Positions 1 through 8,421 of a DNA stretch of 64,000 nt are shown in pieces. Below the pieces are notes generated by a model. That model saw only the letters and a list, made by a program, of their open reading frames with translations, ran no database searches and was not told the DNA's origin. The position numbers and the translations under genes were made by a program. The DNA comes from a bacterium UBP1_UBA4783 (GTDB lineage Bacteria > Krumholzibacteriota > Krumholzibacteriia > Krumholzibacteriales > Krumholzibacteriaceae): contig DHHB01000035.1 in assembly GCA_002403075.1 (NCBI GenBank), positions 22,886 to 86,885 on the forward strand. The letters run 5' to 3'. Each line of letters starts with the position of its first letter. The first letter of the stretch is position 1.

Positions 1-1
1 G

Positions 2-1321
2 TTCCCGTTCTCGAAGTTCATTCACGTTGTCGCCGCGCCCGTGAACCTCTTGTACGAAGGTGCGGGATCGAGCCCGTTCCTCACGCTCGAGGAACGCGAG
101 GCGCAGGGGAGCGATTTCAGCGCTCGGCAACGGATCATGATGGACGCGTGCACGCAGTGCAACCGCTGCACCGTCGTCTGTCCGAGCGCCGTCGCGGGAG
201 AGCCGCTCTCCCCGCGCGCGGCCGTCGACGAGGCGGGCGCCTTCGTTCGCCGCGCCGGCGGATTCGGCCTTCTCCCGAAACGCCTTCCCGCCGAGGCGCC
301 GAAGCGGGGAACGGCCGTCGGAACCGAGGAGGCGTGGCTCTGCACGACCTGCGGCCACTGCCGGGTCGAATGCCCCTCCGCCATCAGTCCGATGGATATC
401 ATCCGCGAGGTCCGCACCGCGCGGGTCGAGAGCGGAGAGAACGTTCCCGACAACCTGCAGGAGATGCTCGAGTCGGTCTACAAGTTCAAGAACCCGTGGC
501 AGGGCGCGAAGGGCAAGCGGATGGATTGGGCCGCCGGGCTCGACGTCCCCGTCATCCCCGACGGCGCGAAAGAGAAGCGCTGCTTCTACGTCGGCTGCAC
601 GTTCGCCTACGACGCGAGGCTTCAGGAAGTGCCGCGCTCGGCGGTCGCGGTCTTCGCTGCGGCCGGGTACCGCTACGGCGTCCTCGGCAAGGAAGAGATC
701 TGCTGCAGCGAGCTCGTCCGCGGCGCGGGCGAGGACGGGCTCTTCTTCGAGCTCGCCGAACAGAACGTCGACGCGTTCGAACGCCGCGGCGTCGAGGAGA
801 TCGTGACGGGGTGCCCCCACGGGATGCACACCTTCTCGAACGAGTATCGCCGTCTCTCGCCGGGCGCGGCGGAACGCCGCGTGCTGCACGTGTCGCAGGT
901 TCTCGAGGAGCTTCTGCGATCGGGCGCGCTGCGGCTCGAGGGCCGCGGCGAACGCGCCGTGACCTACCACGATCCGTGTTTCCTCGGACGGCGCGGCGGC
1001 GTATACGACGCGCCGCGGAACGTCCTGCGGGCGATCCCCGGCGTGCGGCTCGTCGAGATGGAGCGCTCGCGCGAGCGGAGCCTCTGCTGCGGCGGAGGCG
1101 GCGGGCGCATGTGGGTCGAGGCGTCGAAGGGCGAGAAGATGGGCGAGGTCCGCGCGCGCGAAGCCGCCGCGACGGGAGCGAGCGTGATCGTCACCGCGTG
1201 CCCGTTCTGCTTCACGAACCTCGACGACGCCGTGAAAACGGCGGGGTACGAGGGCGCGATGGTCGTGAAGGACCTCACCGAGCTCGTCGCCGAATGCCTC
1301 CCTGGCCGCGGCGGCGCGTGA
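2..1321 (+). CDS. (Fe-S)-binding oxidoreductase with CCG (HdrD/GlpC-like) cysteine-rich domains; 5' end probably lies upstream of the window
   Basis: Frame is open from nt 2 (no stop before the GTG at 41). Two ferredoxin-type motifs (CTQCNRCTVVCP, CTTCGHCRVECP) are followed by CCG-type Cys clusters (CCSE, CCGGGGG, ACPFC). Sits directly upstream of etfBA. Confidence 0.8.
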   Translation, partial: FPFSKFIHVVAAPVNLLYEGAGSSPFLTLEEREAQGSDFSARQRIMMDACTQCNRCTVVCPSAVAGEPLSPRAAVDEAGAFVRRAGGFGLLPKRLPAEAPKRGTAVGTEEAWLCTTCGHCRVECPSAISPMDIIREVRTARVESGENVPDNLQEMLESVYKFKNPWQGAKGKRMDWAAGLDVPVIPDGAKEKRCFYVGCTFAYDARLQEVPRSAVAVFAAAGYRYGVLGKEEICCSELVRGAGEDGLFFELAEQNVDAFERRGVEEIVTGCPHGMHTFSNEYRRLSPGAAERRVLHVSQVLEELLRSGALRLEGRGERAVTYHDPCFLGRRGGVYDAPRNVLRAIPGVRLVEMERSRERSLCCGGGGGRMWVEASKGEKMGEVRAREAAATGASVIVTACPFCFTNLDDAVKTAGYEGAMVVKDLTELVAECLPGRGGA

Positions 1322-1391
1322 TCGAGTCATACCGGCGCGGGCGGCCCCGCCGCCCGCCGAACGGCGAACCGATGGAGAAAGGAGCCGGCGG

Positions 1392-2183
1392 ATGGAGATT
1401 CTCGTCTGCGTGAAACGGGTACCCGATACCGCCGACGCGGAGGTCGCGCTCCGGCCCGACGGCAGGGGCATACGGGAGGAGGATCTCGCGTTCGGCATCA
1501 ACGAGTGGGACAACTACGCCGTCGAGGAGGCGATCCGGCTCAAGGAGAAGCACGGCGGCTCGGTCACCGTCGCGACGATCGGTCCGGCGGAGAGCGAGGA
1601 CGTGCTTCGCCGGTGCCTCGCGATGGGCGCCGACGAGGCCGTCATGATCGACGAGGCCCCTTTCCGCGGATCCGATCCGTACGGCGTGGCGCGGGGGCTC
1701 GCCGGACTCGCGCGGCGGCGGGCGTACGATCTCGTGCTCACGGGCGCGCTCGCCGGGGACGACGGGTACGGAATGACCGGCCCCGTGCTCGCCGGATTTC
1801 TCGGGTGGCCGCACGCGACGCTCGTCACCTCGATCGCGGTCGAGGGGAAGACGGCCGTCGTCGCGCGGGAGCTCGAGGGAGGGCTCGAGGAACTCCTCGC
1901 CGTCGAGCTCCCCGCGGTTCTCACGATCCAGACGGGGATCAACGAGCCCCGGTACGTGTCGATCATGGGGATACGGAAGGTCAGGAGCAAGGAGATACCG
2001 GTCCTCCCCGCGGCGGACGTCGGCGTCGGCGCCGGCGAGGCCGGGGAGAACGCGAACCTCCTGCGCTCCCGCGGATTCTCGATCCCGCCCGCCGGCAAGG
2101 AGTCGGTCATGTTGAAAGGCGCTCCCGCGGAGGTTGCGCAGAAGATACTGGAGATCGTCAAGGAGCGGGGGGGGGTGGCGTAG
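1392..2183 (+). CDS. etfB: electron transfer flavoprotein beta subunit
   Basis: 263 aa. N-terminus MEILVCVKRVPD and length are typical of EtfB. Abuts etfA. Confidence 0.92.
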   Translation: MEILVCVKRVPDTADAEVALRPDGRGIREEDLAFGINEWDNYAVEEAIRLKEKHGGSVTVATIGPAESEDVLRRCLAMGADEAVMIDEAPFRGSDPYGVARGLAGLARRRAYDLVLTGALAGDDGYGMTGPVLAGFLGWPHATLVTSIAVEGKTAVVARELEGGLEELLAVELPAVLTIQTGINEPRYVSIMGIRKVRSKEIPVLPAADVGVGAGEAGENANLLRSRGFSIPPAGKESVMLKGAPAEVAQKILEIVKERGGVA

Positions 2184-3152
2184 ATGGCGAAGGTATTCGT
2201 TCTCGTCGAGCACCGGCAGGGATCGATACGCGAGGCGACGTTCGAGTGCGTCACGCTGGCCCGCGAGCTTCACGCGTCCGCCGGTCTCGAGCCGGCCGCG
2301 GTCGTCGTCGGGAGCGGCGTCGCGGCGTTCGCGGACACGATCGCCGCTTATCTCCCCGAGACGATCGTCGTCGACGATCCGGCGCTCGAGCGTTTCCGGT
2401 ACGAGACCCACGCGGCCGCGCTCCGCGATCTCATCGAGCGGGAGGCGCCGCTCCTCGTGCTGGCGCCTCATTCGGCGTTCGGCATGGAGCTCGTCCCTCG
2501 TCTCTCGGCGGAGCTCGGGAGACCCTGCGCGACCGATTGCGTGGAGGTCGCGATGGCGGAGGGCGGTCTCTCCGCCGTGCGGAGCGTATATAACGGAAAG
2601 ATACTCGAGCGGCTCGCGTTCGCTCCGGCGGGCGGCTATTTCGCGACGGTGCGGTCCGGAAGCTACGCCCCCGCAGCCACGGCGGGAGCCGGCTCGATCC
2701 GCGCGCACGCCTGCCCGGCGATGCCGGCGACGCCGCGGACCGAACACCGCGGCTACCGCGAGACGGCCGCGGGCGAGGTCGACATCACGCAGGCGCCGAT
2801 GCTGCTCGCGATCGGGCGCGGCATCAAGGACGTCGAGAACGTTCCGAAAGCGCAGGCGCTCGCGGATCGGCTCGGCGCCGTGCTCGCCTGCTCGCGCCCC
2901 GTCGTCGACAAGAAATGGCTCGGCAAGGAGCGGCAGGTGGGGACCTCCGGGCGCACGGTGAAGCCGAAGGTGTACATCGCCTTCGGCATCAGCGGCGCTT
3001 TCCAGCATCTCGCCGGCGTCAAGAGCCCCGGCGTCTTCATCGCCGTGAATCGGGATCCCAAGGCGCCGGTGTTCCGCGCGGCGGATTTCGGCGTCGTCGA
3101 GGACATGTTCAAGATCATGGACGCGCTCGCCGAGAAGCTCGGCGCGAAATGA
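2184..3152 (+). CDS. etfA: electron transfer flavoprotein alpha subunit
   Basis: 322 aa. Starts 1 nt after the etfB stop. C-terminal FAD-binding region PKVYIAFGISGAFQHLAGV is typical of EtfA. Confidence 0.92.
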   Translation: MAKVFVLVEHRQGSIREATFECVTLARELHASAGLEPAAVVVGSGVAAFADTIAAYLPETIVVDDPALERFRYETHAAALRDLIEREAPLLVLAPHSAFGMELVPRLSAELGRPCATDCVEVAMAEGGLSAVRSVYNGKILERLAFAPAGGYFATVRSGSYAPAATAGAGSIRAHACPAMPATPRTEHRGYRETAAGEVDITQAPMLLAIGRGIKDVENVPKAQALADRLGAVLACSRPVVDKKWLGKERQVGTSGRTVKPKVYIAFGISGAFQHLAGVKSPGVFIAVNRDPKAPVFRAADFGVVEDMFKIMDALAEKLGAK

Positions 3153-3165
3153 GCGGGAGGGAGCG

Positions 3166-4317
3166 ATGGATTTCGATCTGACCAAGGAGCAGAAGGATAT
3201 CGTCCAGGCGGCCCGGGAGTTCGCCGAAGGGGAGTTCGACAAGGATCTGGCGATGGAGCTCGAGAAGAAGCACGAGTTCCCGCGCGCGATCTGGAAGAAG
3301 GCGTGCGAACTCGGGTTCGTCGGGATCCATTTCCCCGAGGAGTACGGCGGACAGGGCCTCGGCGTGCTCGAGAACGCCCTCGTCGTCGAGGAGTTCTGCC
3401 GGCGGGATTCCGGGATCGGCACGGCGCTCGCGCTCTGCGATTTCGCTTCGGAGATCCTCATGCGCCACGGAACGAAGGAGCAGAAGGAGCGGTTGCTCAC
3501 GGGGATCGCGTCGGGCAAGACGATCTCCGCCGGCTGCTTCACCGAGCCGAATCACGGGAGCGACATCACGACGATGGATACGACGGCGGTGCGCGACGGA
3601 GACGAGTGGGTGATGAACGGCACCAAGACGTTCATCACGAACGGCTGCATCGCCGACTGCTTCATCGTGCTCTGCCAGACCGACCCCGCCGCGAAGCCGG
3701 GGTACCGCGGGCAATCCCTCATCCTCGTCGAGAAGGGCGCCGAGGGGATCGAGACCGCCGAGGTCGGCGACAAGATGGGGATACGCATGACGTCGACCGC
3801 CGAGGTATCCTTCGCCTCCGTCCGCGTTCCCGCCGCGAACCTCATCGGCGAGGAGGGGAAGGGCTTCTACCACGTCCTCGAGTTTTTCGACGAGAGCCGC
3901 GCCGAGATCGCGGCGACGGCGGTCGGCGTCGCGCAGGGGGCCTTCGACCGCGCGCTCGAGTACGCGAAGCAGCGGCAGCAGTTCGGCCAGCGCCTCGCCG
4001 ATTTCCAGGTCACCCAGCACAAGCTCGCCGATATGGCGACCATGATCGACGCGGCGAGGCTCCTCACCCACCGGGCCGCGTGGAACTTCGACCGGGGGCG
4101 CATCGATCCGAAGCTCACGTCCATGGCGAAGTACTACGCGGGACGCGCCGCCGTGGCGGTGACGGACGAGGCGGTTCAGATCCTGGGCGGCTACGGGTAT
4201 ATCCTCGAATACGAGGTGGAGCGTTTCTACCGGGACGCCAAGATCGCCGAGATCTACGAGGGCACGAAGGAGATCCAGAAGAACACGATCGCCGCAGCGC
4301 TCATCAAGAAGAAATGA
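3166..4317 (+). CDS. acyl-CoA dehydrogenase
   Basis: 383 aa. ACAD hallmarks GCFTEPNHGSD and the C-terminal YEGTKEIQKNTIA. Follows etfBA. Confidence 0.92.
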   Translation: MDFDLTKEQKDIVQAAREFAEGEFDKDLAMELEKKHEFPRAIWKKACELGFVGIHFPEEYGGQGLGVLENALVVEEFCRRDSGIGTALALCDFASEILMRHGTKEQKERLLTGIASGKTISAGCFTEPNHGSDITTMDTTAVRDGDEWVMNGTKTFITNGCIADCFIVLCQTDPAAKPGYRGQSLILVEKGAEGIETAEVGDKMGIRMTSTAEVSFASVRVPAANLIGEEGKGFYHVLEFFDESRAEIAATAVGVAQGAFDRALEYAKQRQQFGQRLADFQVTQHKLADMATMIDAARLLTHRAAWNFDRGRIDPKLTSMAKYYAGRAAVAVTDEAVQILGGYGYILEYEVERFYRDAKIAEIYEGTKEIQKNTIAAALIKKK

Positions 4318-4907
4318 GGGTCGCGATGGATCGCACACGAATCGCGCGGCCGGCCGTCGCCGCCGCAATCGTTTTCGCGCTCACCGCGCTCGGCGCCGCG
4401 GGCTGCTCGCGGACCGAAGAAAAGGCGGACGGCGCTCCGCCGGCGCAGGCCGACCGGCCGTCGCCGAACGTCACGATCAAGACGTACGACACGCTCGGGG
4501 ACGTACCGCTCGTGGCCCTCGACGGAACCGCGTACCGGCTGTCGCATTACCGGGGGAACATCGTCGTCCTCTGTCTCTTCGCCACGTGGAGCGAGGACTG
4601 CGTCGCGCAGATTCGCGAGCTCAACGGCCTCCACGAGAAGATCAAGAATCACCGCATGACCGTTCTCGGCATCGCCCTCGACAAGGACGGTCCCGCCGCG
4701 GTCAGGCGGCTCGCGGAGCGTCAGCCGATATCGTTCCCCGTGTTCACGAACGGGGCGGCGATCGTCAACGATCTCGGCGGCGTCCGGAAACTGCCGACCA
4801 CGTACGTGCTCCTGCGCGAGGGGCATATCTTCTACAAGGCGATCGGCTTCGAGACCGCCAAGCGCTTCGAGGATCAGATCAGGCTGATCCGCGCGCAGCG
4901 GCTCTAG
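4314..4907 (+). CDS. TlpA/redoxin-like thioredoxin-fold lipoprotein with monothiol W-S-E-D-C site
   Basis: Lipoprotein signal (LTALGAAGCS) followed by a TlpA/ResA-like fold. The active-site position reads WSEDC, with Ser encoded by AGC. ATG 4314 overlaps the ACAD stop (ATGA); ATG 4326 is an alternative start. Confidence 0.75.
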   Translation: MRVAMDRTRIARPAVAAAIVFALTALGAAGCSRTEEKADGAPPAQADRPSPNVTIKTYDTLGDVPLVALDGTAYRLSHYRGNIVVLCLFATWSEDCVAQIRELNGLHEKIKNHRMTVLGIALDKDGPAAVRRLAERQPISFPVFTNGAAIVNDLGGVRKLPTTYVLLREGHIFYKAIGFETAKRFEDQIRLIRAQRL

Positions 4908-4915
4908 GATGCGCC

Positions 4916-6244
4916 ATGCCCGTGAAGTTGACGCAGGAAGAGCTCCTCATCATCAACCTCCTGCTGCGGATCGCGGTCATGGCCGGGATCGCGAGCCTCG
5001 TGCTCGGATTCCGTTTCGTCGCCGACGTTCTCGTTCGCAGCGCCGCGTCCGCCGCGGACCGGGCGCGGCTCGCCGCGGCGCTCGCCGCCATATTCGTCGT
5101 CGGGATCGTCGTGCGCAAGCTCACGAACCAGGGCGCGATGGATCTTTCCCTCGAGGGGGCGCTCTTCGCCGGATTCCTCGGCGGCGTCTGGGTCGGCGCC
5201 GGCGTCGGCGCCGCCGTCGGAGTCGTGTGCTACCTCTTCGGCGAGCCCGCGGGGCTGCCGTTCTACGCCGGCGCGGGGCTCGCGAGCGGACTCCTCGTCA
5301 CGATCCTCGGAAGAGGCGGCGAGATCTGGAGCTATTCGCTCAACCCGCTCTCGATCGTCTACAACTTCATCGAGAATCTGTGGCGGCGCCGGCTCGACCG
5401 CAACTTCATCCCCTTCGCGATGCTCCTCGCCTTCGCCGCGGGCCGGTACCGCCTCCTCGAGCGCACGAGGGGCCGCGACATCTACGGATTCCTGCCGACG
5501 AACGGGTTCGCGCTCGTTCTCGAGATCGTCACGATCGTCTACACGCTCGGCATCGCGCTCAAGCTCGCCAACAACGCGCGGCTCGAGCTTCTCCTGCGCG
5601 AGGAGGAACGCCAGCTCCTGCACGCGCGCCTCGTGACCCTCCGGAGCCAGATCAACCCGCATTTCCTGTTCAATACCCTCAACTCGATCTCCGCCCTCAT
5701 CCGCACCGACGCCGACAAGGCGCGGGAGATGACGCGCCGTCTCGCCTCGATCTTCCGCAAGGCGCTCGACGATTCGAACGAGACGCACAGCCTCCGCGAC
5801 GAGCTCGCCTTCATCGACGATTACCTCTCGATCGAGCGCGTGCGGTTCGGCGACGAGCGGCTCCGGATCGTCAAGGACGTCGCTCCCGAGGTGCTCGAGG
5901 CCCCGGTGCCGGTCATGATCCTCCAGCCGCTCGTCGAGAACGCGGTCAAACACGGGATCTCGCGGCGTCTCGACGGGGGCAGCATCCGCATCGCCGCGCG
6001 GCCGCTCGGGGGCGGGCTCGAGATCGAGATCGAGAACGAGGGGGAACCGGTCGCCGACTGCGCGCTCGACGCGCTCGTCGGGCGCGGCCTCGGGCTGCGG
6101 AACGTCATCGAGCGCATCAACCTCTACACGTGCGGCGCGGGACGCTTCACGATCGCGCCGCGCAGGGACGGCGGCGCCGTGGTGCGCCTCGTCATTCCGC
6201 CGCCGCCGGCAAGGAGCGTGGACTCGTGCCGATACGAACGATGA
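4916..6244 (+). CDS. LytS/YehU-family sensor histidine kinase
   Basis: Polytopic N-terminal membrane domain, then the His_kinase motif QINPHFLFNTLNSI and HATPase motifs LQPLVENAVKHG and GLGLRNV. Confidence 0.88.
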   Translation: MPVKLTQEELLIINLLLRIAVMAGIASLVLGFRFVADVLVRSAASAADRARLAAALAAIFVVGIVVRKLTNQGAMDLSLEGALFAGFLGGVWVGAGVGAAVGVVCYLFGEPAGLPFYAGAGLASGLLVTILGRGGEIWSYSLNPLSIVYNFIENLWRRRLDRNFIPFAMLLAFAAGRYRLLERTRGRDIYGFLPTNGFALVLEIVTIVYTLGIALKLANNARLELLLREEERQLLHARLVTLRSQINPHFLFNTLNSISALIRTDADKAREMTRRLASIFRKALDDSNETHSLRDELAFIDDYLSIERVRFGDERLRIVKDVAPEVLEAPVPVMILQPLVENAVKHGISRRLDGGSIRIAARPLGGGLEIEIENEGEPVADCALDALVGRGLGLRNVIERINLYTCGAGRFTIAPRRDGGAVVRLVIPPPPARSVDSCRYER

Positions 6245-6999
6245 TCGTCGACGACGAAAAGCTCGCGCGCGACGAGATGCGGTTCCTTCTCGCGGGCGAG
6301 AAGGACGTCGAGATCGTCGCCGAGGCCGCCGGCGGGCGGGAGGCGATCGATCTCGCGCGGGAGAAGCGGCCCGAGCTCGTGTTCCTCGACATCCAGATGC
6401 CCGAGGTGGACGGATTTCAGGTGGTCACGGCGCTCATCGAAGGGGGAGAGCCGCCGCTCGTCGTCTTCGCGACCGCCTTCGACCGGTACGCCATCAGGGC
6501 GTTCGAGGTGAACGCCCTCGACTACCTCCTCAAGCCGATCGACCGCGCGAGGCTCGGCGCGGCGCTCGATCGCGTCCGCGCGGCGATGCCGCGGCGCGAG
6601 GAGTACGCGCGGCGGCTGCGCGCGCTGGCCGGCAGCATTCGGATCGGCACGAGCTTCCTTCCCCGGATCGTCGTCGTGGTCGCGGGGGAGCCCTCGCTCG
6701 TCGACGTCGAACGCGTCGCCATGCTTCGGCGCGACGGTTCGCGGGTCGCGGCCTTCACGGCGGACGGCGCGTTTCCGACGAACTACCGGGACCTCGACGA
6801 GCTCGAGGTGCAGCTCGATCCGGCGAGCTTCATCCGGCTCGGGGCGGATTATATCGTGAACATCCGCCGCATCGCCGACGTCGTTCCATGGTCGGGGGGC
6901 AATTTCATGATGGCGCTCGACGACGCGGACCGGACCGAGGTGCGGCTCAACCGCTCGCAGGCGAAGCTTCTGCGGAGCAAAGCCGAGCGGCTCTTTTAG
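6241..6999 (+). CDS. LytTR-family response regulator
   Basis: Receiver domain (IVDDE, LVFLDIQMPEVDG) plus a C-terminal LytTR DNA-binding domain. ATG 6241 overlaps the kinase stop (ATGA); GTG 6226 is an alternative start. Confidence 0.88.
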   Translation: MIVDDEKLARDEMRFLLAGEKDVEIVAEAAGGREAIDLAREKRPELVFLDIQMPEVDGFQVVTALIEGGEPPLVVFATAFDRYAIRAFEVNALDYLLKPIDRARLGAALDRVRAAMPRREEYARRLRALAGSIRIGTSFLPRIVVVVAGEPSLVDVERVAMLRRDGSRVAAFTADGAFPTNYRDLDELEVQLDPASFIRLGADYIVNIRRIADVVPWSGGNFMMALDDADRTEVRLNRSQAKLLRSKAERLF

Positions 7000-7016
7000 A
7001 AGCGGGGAGGAAGAAC

Positions 7017-8393
7017 GTGGTCCGTGATTACGACGTCGCCGTGCTCGGCGGAGGACCGGCGGGCTATCCGGCGGCGATACGCGCGGCGCAGCTCGGCGCG
7101 CGCGTCTGCCTCGTCGAGCGCGAGTCGCTCGGCGGCACCTGCCTCAACTGGGGATGCATCCCGACGAAAGCGCTCCAGGCGGCCGCCCACCTCGTCGAGC
7201 GCTCCCGCGCCGCCCGCGAAGCCGGGGTCGCCCGCGGAGAGATCGCGATCGACGCGGCGGGGCTGTTCGCGAACAAGGCGCGCGTCGTCCGGGAGCTCGT
7301 TTCGGGGATCGAGAAGCTCCTCAAGGCGCGCAGGATCGACGTGCTCCGCGGCGAGGGGCGGATCGCGGGGGAAGGCGAGATCGAGGTCGAGGGGACGGGG
7401 CGGATCAAGGCTTCCCGCATCGTCGTCGCGACGGGCTCGATCGAGGCGCCGCTCCCCTTCATGCCGTTCGACGGCGCTCGGATCCTCTCGAGCAAGGACG
7501 TCCTCGACCTCGGACGGATCCCGGCGAGCGTTCTCGTCGTCGGCGGCGGGGTCATCGGGTGCGAGTTCGCGACGATCCTCCACGCGTTCGGTTCGAAGGT
7601 CGCGATCGTCGAGATGCTCCCCTCGCTCGTCGCGACCGAGGACGCTCAGGTATCCCGCACCCTGCAGATGCTTCTCCGGAAAAAGGGGATCGATCTCCAT
7701 CTCTCCTCCAAGGTCGTCTCGGCCCGCACGACGGAAGCGGGCGTCGTCGCGACGCTCGAGAACGGGACGGAGATCTCCTCCGAGATCGTTCTCGTTTCCG
7801 TCGGCAGAAAGCCGCGCGTCGCGGGATCCGGCGTCGAGACGCTCGGGATCGAGGCGGGCGGGGGCGGCATCGCGGTGAACCGCCGCATGGAGACCTCGCG
7901 CGCCGGCGTGTACGCGGCGGGGGACGTCGTCGGCGGGCTCCTCCTCGCCCACGTCGCCACGCGCGAGGGGATCGTCGCGGCGGAGAACGCCCTCGGCGGC
8001 GCCCGCGAGGTCGCCTACGACGCGGTCCCCGCGACGATCTACACCCTCCCGGAGATATCCCGCGTCGGTCTCACCGAGGAGGAGGCCAAAAAACGCGGGG
8101 AGAAGGTCGTGACCGGACGTTTCCCCTTCGCGGCGAGCGGAAAGGCCAAGGGTCTCGGCGAGGAGGACGGGTTCGTGAAATGGGTCGCGCGCGAGGGCGA
8201 CCGGAGGCTTCTCGGCGCGCATATCATCGGCCCGTACGCGACCGAGCTTCTCGCGCCCGCGATCGTGGCGCTCGACCGCGGCCTCACCGGCGAGCAGTTC
8301 GCCGAATCGATCTTCCCGCATCCGACCCTGTCGGAGACGCTCGCGGGCGCCGCCGAATCGCTGTACGGGCGCGCGATAGATCTCGTGAAATAG
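7017..8393 (+). CDS. lpdA: dihydrolipoyl dehydrogenase
   Basis: GTG 7017 is preceded by GGGGAGG. FAD motif GGGPAGY, redox-active disulfide CLNWGCIPTK, C-terminal HPTLSE. Confidence 0.9.
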   Translation: MVRDYDVAVLGGGPAGYPAAIRAAQLGARVCLVERESLGGTCLNWGCIPTKALQAAAHLVERSRAAREAGVARGEIAIDAAGLFANKARVVRELVSGIEKLLKARRIDVLRGEGRIAGEGEIEVEGTGRIKASRIVVATGSIEAPLPFMPFDGARILSSKDVLDLGRIPASVLVVGGGVIGCEFATILHAFGSKVAIVEMLPSLVATEDAQVSRTLQMLLRKKGIDLHLSSKVVSARTTEAGVVATLENGTEISSEIVLVSVGRKPRVAGSGVETLGIEAGGGGIAVNRRMETSRAGVYAAGDVVGGLLLAHVATREGIVAAENALGGAREVAYDAVPATIYTLPEISRVGLTEEEAKKRGEKVVTGRFPFAASGKAKGLGEEDGFVKWVAREGDRRLLGAHIIGPYATELLAPAIVALDRGLTGEQFAESIFPHPTLSETLAGAAESLYGRAIDLVK

Positions 8394-8421
8394 GTTTTTC
8401 GTCCCCGCTGGAGGTTTCGCG

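Noticed and set aside
1275-3542. 755-aa minus-strand ORF
   Set aside because: It is antisense to etfB, etfA and the ACAD gene, with low-complexity Arg-rich translation.
4540-4620. Possible selenocysteine at the TlpA-like active site
   Set aside because: The codon at the first active-site position is AGC (Ser), not TGA, and the ORF is uninterrupted.
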